Of a stretch of 64,000 nt of DNA, positions 1-11,703 are shown one piece after another. Where the stretch lies: positions 6,849-70,848 of the forward strand of contig JAUCBJ010000754.1 in NCBI GenBank assembly GCA_032718475.1, read 5' to 3'. The position numbers and the translations under genes were made by a program. Every line of letters begins with the position of its first letter. Positions within the stretch are counted from its first letter, which is position 1. A model generated the notes under the pieces. That model was not told the origin of the DNA and made no database searches. It saw only the letters and a program-made list of their open reading frames with translations. The stretch is from Nemertoderma westbladi (taxonomy: Eukaryota; Animalia; Xenacoelomorpha).

Positions 1-3000
1 GAGACTCACTTAATAAAGAGATCAGAGACTCACTTAATAAGGAGATCAGAGACTCACTTAATAAGGAGATCAGAGACTCACTTAATAAGGAGATCAGAGA
101 CTCACTTAATAAGGAGATCAGTGACTCACTTAATAAGGAGATTAGTGACTCACTTAATAAGGAGATCAGAGACTCACTTAATAAAGATATTAGTGACTCA
201 CTTAATAAGGAGATCAGAGACTCACTTAATAAGGAGATCAGAGACTCACTTAATAAGGAGATCAGTGACTCACTTAATAAGGAGATTAGTGACTCACTTA
301 ATAAGGAGATCAGAGACTCACTTAATAAAGATATTAGTGACTCACTTAATAAGGAGATCAGAGACTCACTTAATAAGGAGATCAGAGACTCACTTAATAA
401 GGAGATCAGAGACTCACTTAATAAGGAGATCAGTGACTCACTTAATAAGGAGATTAGTGACTCACTTAATAAGGAGATCAGAGACTCACTTAATAAGGAG
501 ATCAGAGACTCACTTAATAAGGAGATCAGAGACTCACTTAATAAGGAGATCAGTGTCTCACTTAATAAGGAGATTAGTGACTCACTTAATAAGGAGATCA
601 GAGACTCACTTAATAAAGTGATTAGTGACTCACTTAATAAAGATATTAGTGACTCACTTAATAAGGAGATCCGAGAATCACTTAATAAGGAGATCAGAGA
701 CTCACTTAATAAGGAGATCAGAGACTCACTTAATAAGGAGATCAGAGACTCACTTAATAAGGAGATCAGAGACTCACTTAATAAGGAGATCAGTGACTCA
801 CTTAATAAGGAGATTAGTGACTCACTTAATAAGGAGATCAGAGACTCACGTAATAAGGAGATCAGAGACTCACTTAATAAAGATATTAGTGACTCACTTA
901 ATAAGGAGATCAGAGACTCACTTAATAAAGAGATTAGTGACTCACTTAATAAAGAGATTAGTGACTCACTTAATAAGGAGATTAGAGACTCACTTAATAA
1001 GGAGATTAGTGACTCACTTAATAAGGAGATCAGAGACTCACTTAATAAAGAGATCAGAGACTCACTTAATAAGGAGATCAGAGACTCACTTAATAAGGAG
1101 ATCAGAGACTCACTTAATAAGGAGATCAGAGACTCACTTAATAAGGAGATCAGTGACTCACTTAATAAGGAGATTAGTGACTCACTTAATAAGGAGATCA
1201 GAGACTCACTTAATAAAGATATTAGTGACTCACTTAATAAGGAGATCATAGACTCACTTAATAAGGAGATCAGAGACTCACTTAATAAGGAGATCAGTGA
1301 CTCACTTAATAAGGAGATTAGTGACTCACTTAATAAGGAGATCAGAGACTCACTTAATAAGGAGATCAGAGACTCACTTAATAAAGATATTAGTGACTCA
1401 CTTAATAAGGAGATCAGAGACTCACTTAATAAGGAGATCAGAGACTCACTTAATAAGGAGATCAGTGACTCACTTAATAAGGAGATTAGTGACTCACTTA
1501 ATAAGGAGATCAGAGACTCACTTAATAAGGAGATCAGAGACTCACTTAATAAGGAGATTAGTGACTCACTTAATAAGGAGATCAGAGACTCACTTAATAA
1601 AGAGATCAGAGACACACTTAATAAGGAGATCAGAGACTCACTTAATAAGGAGATCAGAGACTCACTTAATAAGGAGATCAGTGACTCACTTAATAAGGAG
1701 ATTAGTGACTCACTTAATAAGGAGATCAGAGACTCACTTAATAAGGAGATCAGAGACTCACTTAATAAAGATATTAGTGACTCACTTAATAAGGAGATCA
1801 GAGACTCACTTAATAAGGAGATCAGAGACTCACTTAATAAGGAGATCAGAGACTCACTTAATAAGGAGATCAGAGACTCACTTAATAAGGAGATCAGAGA
1901 CTCACTTAATAAGGAGATCAGAGACTCACTTAATAAGGAGATCAGTGACTCACTTAATAAGGAGATCAGAGACTCACTTAATAAGGAGATCAGAGACTCA
2001 CTTAATAAAGATATTAGTGACTCACTTAATAAGGAGATCAGAGACTCACTTAATAAGGAGATCAGTGACTCACTTAATAAAGAGATCAGTGACTCACTTA
2101 ATAAGGAGACCAGAGACTCACTTAATAAGGAGATCAGAGACTCACTTAATAAGGAGATTAGTGACTCACTTAATAAGGAGATCAGAGACTCACTTAATAA
2201 GGAGATCAGAGACTCACTTAATAAGGAGATCAGAGACTCACTTAATAAGGAGATTAGTGACTCACTTAATAAAGAGATCAGAGACTCACTTAATAAGGAG
2301 ATCAGAGACTCACTTAATAAGGAGATGAGTGACTCACTTAATAAGGAGATTAGTGACTCACTTAATAAGGAGATCAGAGACTCACTTAATAAAGATATTA
2401 GTGACTCACTTAATAAGGAGATCAGAGACTCACTTAATAAGGAGATCAGTGACTCACTTAATAAGGAGATTAGTGACTCACTTAATAAGGAGATCAGAGA
2501 CTCACTTAATAAGGAGATCAGAGACTCACTTAATAAAGATATTAGTGACTCACTTAATAAGGAGATCAGAGACCACTTAATAAGGAGATCAGTGACTCAC
2601 TTAATAAAGAGATTAGTGACTCACTTAATAAGGAGATCAGAGACTCACTTTTAATAAGGAGATCAGAGACTCACTTAATAAGGAGATTAGTGACTCACTT
2701 AATAAGGAGATCAGAGACTCACTTAATAAGGAGATCAGAGACTCACTTAATAAGGAGATTAGTGACTCACTTAATAAAGAGATCAGAGACTCACTTAATA
2801 AGGAGATCAGAGACTCACTTAATAAAGATATTAGTGACTCACTTAATAAGGAGATCAGAGACTAACTTAATAAGGAGATCAGCGTCTCACTTAATAAGGA
2901 GATTAGTGACTCACTTAATAAGGAGATCAGAGACTCACTTAATAAGGAGATCAGAGACTCACTTAATAAGGAGATTAGTGACTCACTTAATAAGGAGATC

Positions 3001-6000
3001 AGAGACTCACTTAATAAAGAGATTAGAGACTCACTTAATAAAGAGATTAGTGACTCACTTAATAAGGAGATCAGAGACTCACTTAATAAGGAGATCAGTG
3101 ACTCACTTAATAAGGAGATTAGTGACTCACTTAATAAGGAGATCAGAGACTCACTTAATAAGGAGATCAGAGGCTCACTTAATAAAGATATTAGTGACTC
3201 ACTTAATAAGGAGATCAGAGACTCACTTAATAAAGAGATTAGTGACTCACTTAATAAAGAGATCCGAGACTCACTTAATAAGGAGATCAGAGACTCACTT
3301 AATAAGGAGATCAGAGACTCACTTAATAAGGAGATCAGAGACTCACTTAATAAGGAGATCAGAGACTCACTTAATAAGGAGATCAGTGACTCACTTAATA
3401 AGGAGATTAGTGACTCACTTAATAAGGAGATCAGAGACTCACTTAATAAGGAGATCAGAGACTTACTTAATAAAGATATTAGTGACTCACTTAATAAGGA
3501 GATCAGAGACTCACTTAATAAGGAGATCAGAGACTCACTTAATAAGGAGATTAGTGACTCACTTAATAAGGAGATCAGAGACTCACTTAATAAAGAGATC
3601 AGAGATTCACTTAATAAGGAGATCAGAGACTCACTTAATAAGGAGATCAGAGACTCACTTAATAAGGAGATCAGAGACTCACTTAATAAGGAGATCAGTG
3701 ACTCACTTAATAAGGAGATTAGTGACTCACTTAATAAGGAGATCAGAGACTCACTTAATAAAGAGATTAGTGACTCACTTAATAAGGAGATCCGAGACTC
3801 ACTTAATAAGGAGATCAGAGACTCACTTAATAAGGAGATCAGAGACTCACTTAATAAAGAGATTAGTGACTCACTTAATAAGGAGATCAGAGACTCACTT
3901 AATAAGGAGATTAGTGATTCACTTAATAAGGAGATCAGAGACTCACTTAATAAGGAGATCAGAGACTCACTTAATAAGGAGATCAGATACTCACTTAATA
4001 AGGAGATAAGAGACTCACTTAATAAAGAGATCAGAGACTCACTTAATAAGGAGATCCGAGACTCACTTAATAAGGAGATCAGAGACTCACTTAATAAGGA
4101 GATCAGAGACTCACTTAATAAGGAGATCAGAGACTCACTTAATAAGGAGATCAGAGATTCACTTAATAAGGAGATCAGTGACTCACATAATAAGGAGATT
4201 AGTGACTCACTTAATAAGGAGATCAGAGACTCACGTAATAAGGAGATTAGAGACTCACTTAATAAAGATATTAGTGACTCACTTAATAAGGAGATCAGAG
4301 ACTCACTTAATAAAGAGATTAGTGACTCACTTAATAAAGAGATTAGTGACTCACTTAATAAGGAGATTAGAGACTCACTTAATAAGGAGATTAGTGACTC
4401 ACTTAATAAGGAGATCAGAGACTCACTTAATAAAGAGATCAGAGACTCACTTAATAAGGAGATCAGAGACTCACTTAATAAGGAGATCAGAGACTCACTT
4501 AATAAGGAGATCAGAGACTCACTTAATAAGGAGATCAGTGACTCACTTAATAAGGAGATTAGTGACTCACTTAATAAGGAGATCAGAGACTCACTTAATA
4601 AAGATATTAGTGACTCACTTAATAAGGAGATCAGAGACTCACTTAATAAGGAGATCAGAGACTCACTTAATAAGGAGATCAGTGACTCACTTAATAAGGA
4701 GATTAGTGACTCACTTAATAAGGAGATCAGAGACTCACTTAATAAAGATATTAGTGACTCACTTAATAAGGAGATCAGAGACTCACTTAATAAGGAGATC
4801 AGAGACTCACTTAATAAGGAGATCAGAGACTCACTTAATAAGGAGATCAGTGACTCACTTAATAAGGAGATTAGTGACTCACTTAATAAGGAGATCAGAG
4901 ACTCACTTAATAAGGAGATCAGAGACTCACTTAATAAGGAGATCAGAGACTCACTTAATAAGGAGATCAGTGTCTCACTTAATAAGGAGATTAGTGACTC
5001 ACTTAATAAGGAGATCAGAGACTCACTTAATAAAGTGATTAGTGACTCACTTAATAAAGATATTAGTGACTCACTTAATAAGGAGATCCGAGAATCACTT
5101 AATAAGGAGATCAGAGACTCACTTAATAAGGAGATCAGAGACTCACTTAATAAGGAGATCAGAGACTCACTTAATAAGGAGATCAGAGACTCACTTAATA
5201 AGGAGATCAGTGACTCACTTAATAAGGAGATTAGTGACTCACTTAATAAGGAGATCAGAGACTCACGTAATAAGGAGATCAGAGACTCACTTAATAAAGA
5301 TATTAGTGACTCACTTAATAAGGAGATCAGAGACTCACTTAATAAAGAGATTAGTGACTCACTTAATAAAGAGATTAGTGACTCACTTAATAAGGAGATT
5401 AGAGACTCACTTAATAAGGAGATTAGTGACTCACTTAATAAGGAGATCAGAGACTCACTTAATAAAGAGATCAGAGACTCACTTAATAAGGAGATCAGAG
5501 ACTCACTTAATAAGGAGATCAGAGACTCACTTAATAAGGAGATCAGAGACTCACTTAATAAGGAGATCAGTGACTCACTTAATAAGGAGATTAGTGACTC
5601 ACTTAATAAGGAGATCAGAGACTCACTTAATAAAGATATTAGTGACTCACTTAATAAGGAGATCATAGACTCACTTAATAAGGAGATCAGAGACTCACTT
5701 AATAAGGAGATCAGTGACTCACTTAATAAGGAGATTAGTGACTCACTTAATAAGGAGATCAGAGACTCACTTAATAAGGAGATCAGAGACTCACTTAATA
5801 AAGATATTAGTGACTCACTTAATAAGGAGATCAGAGACTCACTTAATAAGGAGATCAGAGACTCACTTAATAAGGAGATCAGTGACTCACTTAATAAGGA
5901 GATTAGTGACTCACTTAATAAGGAGATCAGAGACTCACTTAATAAGGAGATCAGAGACTCACTTAATAAGGAGATTAGTGACTCACTTAATAAGGAGATC

Positions 6001-7248
6001 AGAGACTCACTTAATAAAGAGATCAGAGACACACTTAATAAGGAGATCAGAGACTCACTTAATAAGGAGATCAGAGACTCACTTAATAAGGAGATCAGTG
6101 ACTCACTTAATAAGGAGATTAGTGACTCACTTAATAAGGAGATCAGAGACTCACTTAATAAGGAGATCAGAGACTCACTTAATAAAGATATTAGTGACTC
6201 ACTTAATAAGGAGATCAGAGACTCACTTAATAAGGAGATCAGAGACTCACTTAATAAGGAGATTAGTGACTCACTTAATAAGGAGATCAGAGACTCACTT
6301 AATAAAGAGATCAGAGACTCACTTAATAAGGAGATCAGAGACTCACTTAATAAGGAGATCAGAGACTCACTTAATAAGGAGATCAGAGACTCACTTAATA
6401 AGGAGATCAGTGACTCACTTAATAAGGAGATTAGTGACTCACTTAATAAGGAGATCAGAGACTCACTTAATAAGGAGATTAGTGACTCACTTAATAAGGA
6501 GATCCGAGACTCACTTAATAAGGAGATCAGAGACTCACTTAATAAGGAGATCAGAGACTCACTTAATAAGGAGATCAGAGACTCACTTAATAAGGAGATC
6601 AGAGACTCACTTAATAAGGAGATCAGAGACTCACTTAATAAGGAGATCAGAGACTCACTTAATAAGGAGATCAGAGACTTACTTAATAAGGAGATCAGAG
6701 ACTCACTTAATAAGGAGATCAGTGACTCACTTAATAAGGAGATTAGTGACTCACTTAATAAGGAGATCAGAGACTCACTTAATAAGGAGATCAGAGACTC
6801 ACTTAATAAAGATATTAGTGACTCACTTAATAAGGAGATCAGAGACTCACTTAATAAGGAGATCAGAGACTCACTTAATAAGGAGATTAGTGACTCACTT
6901 AATAAGGAGATCAGAGACTCACTTAATAAAGAGATCAGAGACTCACTTAATAAGGAGATCAGAGACTCACTTAATAAGGAGATCAGAGACTCACTTAATA
7001 AGGAGATCAGAGACTCACTTAATAAGGAGATCAGAGACTCACTTAATAATGAGATCAGAGACTCACTTAATAAGGAGATCAGTGACTCACTTAATAAGGA
7101 GATCAGAGACTCACTTAATAAGGAGATCAGAGACTCACTTAATAAAGATATTAGTGACTCACTTAATAAGGAGATCAGAGACTCACTTAATAAGGAGATC
7201 AGAGACTCACTTAATAAGGAGATTAGTGACTCACTTAATAAGGAGATC
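1..7248. repeat. 24-bp tandem satellite A, left block (about 300 units; continues past the window start)
   Basis: Unit GAGACTCACTTAATAAGGAGATCA with recurrent variants (GATTAGTGAC, AAAGATATTA). Gives the 8-aa periodic ORFs DSLNKEIR / ETHLIRRS / SESLISLL. Lies in intron 8 of the aminotransferase gene. Confidence 0.99.
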
Positions 7249-7699
7249 TGTTACGGTATATGGCGCTGTATCCACATTATTAGCCATCATACAGTACAAT
7301 ATATTAGTCCATTATACAGTACGCAATATTAGTCCGTTATGCAGTATAATAATTTAGATAAGGTATAATAGCGCAATGACATTTAGATAAGGAAATTGAA
7401 ACGCCCATATATTTGAATTCATCCATTTTGTATAGTATGTAGCCCTACCTATGTAATTTTGTATTAGGATATAAGTAGATAGTTCCAGGGTAGCAAGTTC
7501 AGTTGGACCCTGGATTTTGGGCTTGCTGTTATTAGTCTTGATGGGCTAGCTATCACGTGTCGTAATTTCCTATAATTGCGCTAAATTAATGTTTGTGCAT
7601 CATGTTATTAGTACCGCTAAATTAAGCACCGGCAAAATTACTTTATATGGTGACGTTTTGAGGGTTTGAGAAGCAATAGGGCTACAATCCGGCTTTCTT

Positions 7700-7796
7700 A
7701 TTGGACTAACGGCTTCCAGGTTGGTCTAATGATAAGCGCGGATTGAAGAGCCAATGAGTGAGCGATTGCATCACCCTTCTCGGATCACATATAAAT
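7700..7796 (+). promoter_or_regulatory. Putative LTR U3 promoter (CCAAT boxes and TATA-like box)
   Basis: ATTGG at about 7700, CCAAT at 7751, CATATAAAT at about 7788; the same motifs occur in the 3' LTR at about 22553-22650. Motif-only evidence. Confidence 0.4.
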
Positions 7797-7947
7797 TGGC
7801 GGTTTGCCGGTAGAGCTGTACTACAACAACAACGACAACACCCCAATAACCTTACCCACTCACTCAGACATATTTAGTACCATTAAGTTAGAAGTATATT
7901 TTGCGTATTTTCTGCAATTTTCTACCTTTTGATTAATTTTCTTGGAA

Positions 7948-9075
7948 TTAGAAAGCCAGCAAGCTGGCTGGAAGGAGCCCGAGGGAAAAATCCTAGCCAA
8001 GACTATTACAAAGAACTATGTCAGTCAGCAGTAAGTAAACTAAAATTGTCTAAACTGCAAGGCGTGAGGCTAGCTGACTTTGTGGCTCGCCCCACATAAT
8101 AAAAAATGCAACTTAGCTACCACTAACAAAAATATAATATGAAGCAAATAATTTCAATATCAAGAACGTTTACAAGATATAAGATGCGATTACCGAATAT
8201 TTATAAAAAATGCCCATGATGCACAACCAGATAAATAACAACGAATAGAGCCAAATAACAAATTTAGTTTCCTTCTATAGGTATTACCCCGTCGTCAAGC
8301 GGAATATCTCTTCCCAGTGAATTCTATGTGAATATGTAATATAGGTACTCCTTAGGCGGTAGGCCAGAGCGGGATCCTTAAATACATGCAACTACTGTAT
8401 TATAGTGTAGGTCAACTATAAAACATTTTGCAATCCACAGTGAGTATCGACTGCAATAGGACACAACACACTGCTTTGTGTAACTAAAATTCATTCTCCT
8501 GATCCACCCCCTAACATAGCAGAGTGAGTAACCTTATTGTAGATATACCCTTAGGAAGCACTGGGAGAGCAATCAGCTTATGGGGTAATACATTAGAAAC
8601 CAACAGCTTATGTGTGAGTAAACATTGCCTTTCCTTATAGCCTACTAGTAAAACTTGGCAACCAACACGTTTTTCTATGACTGTGTATAACAAATTAAGC
8701 CATATTTCATCATGAACCATATAGCCTACTAGTAAAACTTGGCAACCAACACGTTTTTCTATGACTGTGTATAACAAATTAAGCCATATTTCATCATGAA
8801 CACCAGCTGTTATTTTACCATTGCTTTTAATTTCGCGACAAAACAATGTCAAAAAACTAAATATATCGAATACCACACATAGAATCGATCTGAAATTTTG
8901 TAACGCAATTATGAACCACCAAAGCAATGTACTTGCAAAATTTCATCAAAATCGCCAGGCAGGAAGTGCCTTAACCTAGATAATTATCAGTCAGTATGTC
9001 AGTCAGTATGTCAGTCAGTGTAATGTATCCTGAAGATTCTTACAGTAAGTATCCCGCTGTCAAGCGGGCTCCTAA
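7948..9075 (-). mobile_element. Non-autonomous Helentron-associated (HINE/DINE-1-like) element nested in the 5' LTR
   Basis: Absent from the 3' LTR (empty site GGAA^TGATT). Subterminal IRs AGGAGCCCG (7973-7981) and CGGGCTCCT (9065-9073), short IR CCCGC..GCGGG (9053-9068), (GTCA/GTAT)n microsatellite at 8987-9019, terminal hairpin AGCCAGC-AA-GCTGGCT (7954-7969); minus strand ends CTAA. Confidence 0.75.
8637..8800. repeat. Two-copy tandem duplication with 84-bp period inside the nested element
   Basis: ATAGCCTACTAGTAAAACTTGGCAACC...CATCATGAAC occurs at 8637 and 8721. Confidence 0.9.
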
Positions 9076-11703
9076 TGATTCGTTAGTGCTATTATTCTCA
9101 ATTGCGTTTCTCAATCAATCCTATCGATTACTGCTAATTACAACCGGAACTATGATTTCTACCCCTTTTGTAAATGGTTCTATGTGATTCATTTCTACGC
9201 AATAATCCTAAGGGATTTTCTGGGACTATCAGACTTTGTGATTTGCATGCGCCGCTACGGTAGCTATTCAATAAATGGAGAGCTAAGGTGCCGGTAGGCG
9301 GTGGGCGCATCGGGGGGTTGGGCGACTAAGGGAGACCGGAGGATTCAAAAGCGGGCAACGCTGGCGGGGGGTCACCGTTGCGGTCGGGCGTTTCGCACTG
9401 TAGCATGCAGACCATTCGCCGGTACAGTAATTAGGGGGCTGATGATCCAGGTTTTGTCTCTATTTAGTATTAGGGGGGCAAGAATCGGGTTAGTTAGGAA
9501 GCCTAGATGTACCCGGGAGAGGCCTGCACGTATTACAGTGTGAAGTGTGGAGTACGAAGAGTGAATCGCACAACTGTGGGCTACACGGTAGTGAACTGCA
9601 TAATTGCGAGCTGTGATTGCTGACGCTGATTGGTGTGTTACTGAAGTGTGCCTATGATTACGAATGCTTAGGTAGGCGCCTTTTCCCTTTGATTAATTTC
9701 TATTTCTTAGTTTACAACAATTAATTACTGATTAGGTCAAAGTAATACGGTATTTTAGGCTATTACTAGCGAAACCTAGTGTGTAATAAATTAGAATTGC
9801 GCATTCTGGAACTCTTAGTAATTAGTACGCTGTTACATATTTGTGACTGTAATTAGTTAGTGAAATTAAGAATTAGTACGCAGCATAGCGGAGAGTAGCT
9901 AAGGTAATAATTAGGGTACTGTAAACTATTCACACTGAGCGGTTATTTGCATTAGCGGGCAATAAGCTAGATCGCATTATTCAGTACGCACAACATACTA
10001 GTAATTTGCTGGCCTAAAGCCAGCTGCAGGCAAGTTTAGACCCAGAGCGGTATTACCCACGTAGAGACAAAATACTGTACCATTTTTGATTATTTTAAAT
10101 ATTCTCGCATTCATACATTCCGTTAGGGAACCCCCAGTATTCGAGATTAGAAAAGACGTAGGCATTATCGTATTTCAATAGTAAATTTAGGCATAAGAAT
10201 ACTCTGAGTGCAAAGCCTCTCGCACTCGTCTTAAGTAAGCTTAGGGAGCCGACTCGGGTTTATTGTTTTGGTTATTCCCGCGTGGCTCATAGATTCGAAC
10301 AGTTAGCTCTCTGTCGAGCGATCGGCAGAGAAAGGAACAAGCGATTTTGCAGGAGCCGTGTAAATTTAGTAAAATATATTAGCGGACGGCAGATTAGCGC
10401 CATCCAACGGTAAGTAGCGGTTTTGTATTTAGCAGCCCTACAATTTAGTAATAGCACGCTCCTGATCGCCTTTACTTAACAGTAGAGCAGTCTTTGTGTC
10501 TTATTGGTTAGGCGGGAACTCATTAGGTTGGCAGAGAAGTATACGGGTATTTGTCTGTTCAACAGTTCTGCTGTTAGTATAGGGGTCGCGGTTGTTTATC
10601 AGTCATACGTGTGTTTTGTTTGCTGTAGGCTGTAGCGTACAGTAAATAGAGTATTCTTAGGCTGTTAATTTAGATTACTGTATTCATTAGTCGCATGCAG
10701 TAGTACAGTAGTACATTAGTGCATTAGGCTGATTGCTGTTACTGCGTACGGTAGAAAGGACATTTGTTTTGCTGTACCATATACAGTATTCATTAGGCTG
10801 TTAGGTTACTGGTGTACTGTTTTACTTACTGTACTGCATACAGTGGATGTACGGTAGTGCGTTTTTACTAATTGCGAATACAGCAGTTCCTTAGGCCTTA
10901 GGGCAAACTGTAATTAGTAAGTTTTTTGAAAATTTTAGCTAGGTTTGCGAGAATTCAGTTTCGGTCAAAATTATTTGTAAAATCTAGAGTTTTGTACCGG
11001 TATGTTAGGTAACCGCTTAGTTATTTTATACCATCTGGAGGTACATGGCAAGACGGAACTTCTGAGTTTGGGGTTCGTGTGGGTCTGCCGGTTCGGTTTG
11101 CAATCAGCGAAGGGACTGAAACTTTGGACGCGGACGTGGAATCTCACAGCAAACAAGGTTAGTTGTTCTGTTGGCACCATTGTGTTTGTGGAAGCAGTAA
11201 AAAATTATCGGTTGTTTAACTGCGAAGCTGAACTCAATTTATTAGTTAGGTTATTTAGGTTTAGCCGGCCATGGTTTTTTTGAATCGCTCAAGTTAGAGA
11301 GAGAGTTAGAGAGAGTCGCAACCCGAAGATGTAGCCACGCGCTAGTGGATACATATAATATTTGAAATTAAAATTACGTTGATTAGAGCTATATATGCAA
11401 AATTGGAATTATTTGGGTGGAAAATTCATTCTGAATATTTTGTATTAGATTCAGAAATTATTTTGTGTCATACCGGTATTTAATTGCTATAATAGCTATA
11501 TAATAATATTTTTGTTTAAATATTGTGCTAGTATTTGCTATAACTATACCTTATTAAATTCACAATATTGCATTGTGAATTTATTTGACATTTTGGACAA
11601 TTGGATTTGACAAATAATTTAATCGTATTTCGATTAAATTATATATATATATCTCGAACTTTTGCGAGATATTTTTGCCGGAAGGCAAAACATTATTTAG
11701 ACT

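Larger units (their letters stand above)
7249..10601 (+). repeat. 5' LTR (2225 bp once the nested 1128-bp insertion is removed)
   Basis: Starts TGTTACGGTATATGGCGC and ends GGTTGTTTATCA; aligns with 22102-25960. Confidence 0.96.

Noticed and set aside
120-130. AP-1 sites (TGACTCA) in the AGTGACTCACT variant of satellite A
   Set aside because: Present in only a subset of units through a single A/T variant; nothing beyond the motif match supports function.
121-7357. Long ORFs DSLNKEIR / THLIRRSE / SESLISLL as repeat proteins
   Set aside because: Stop-free translations of a 24-bp unit on both strands; indels shift frames freely and the region is intronic.
9301-9543. 80-aa ORF repeated at 23026-23268
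   Set aside because: Duplicated only because it lies in the LTR; GTG start and no recognisable motif.
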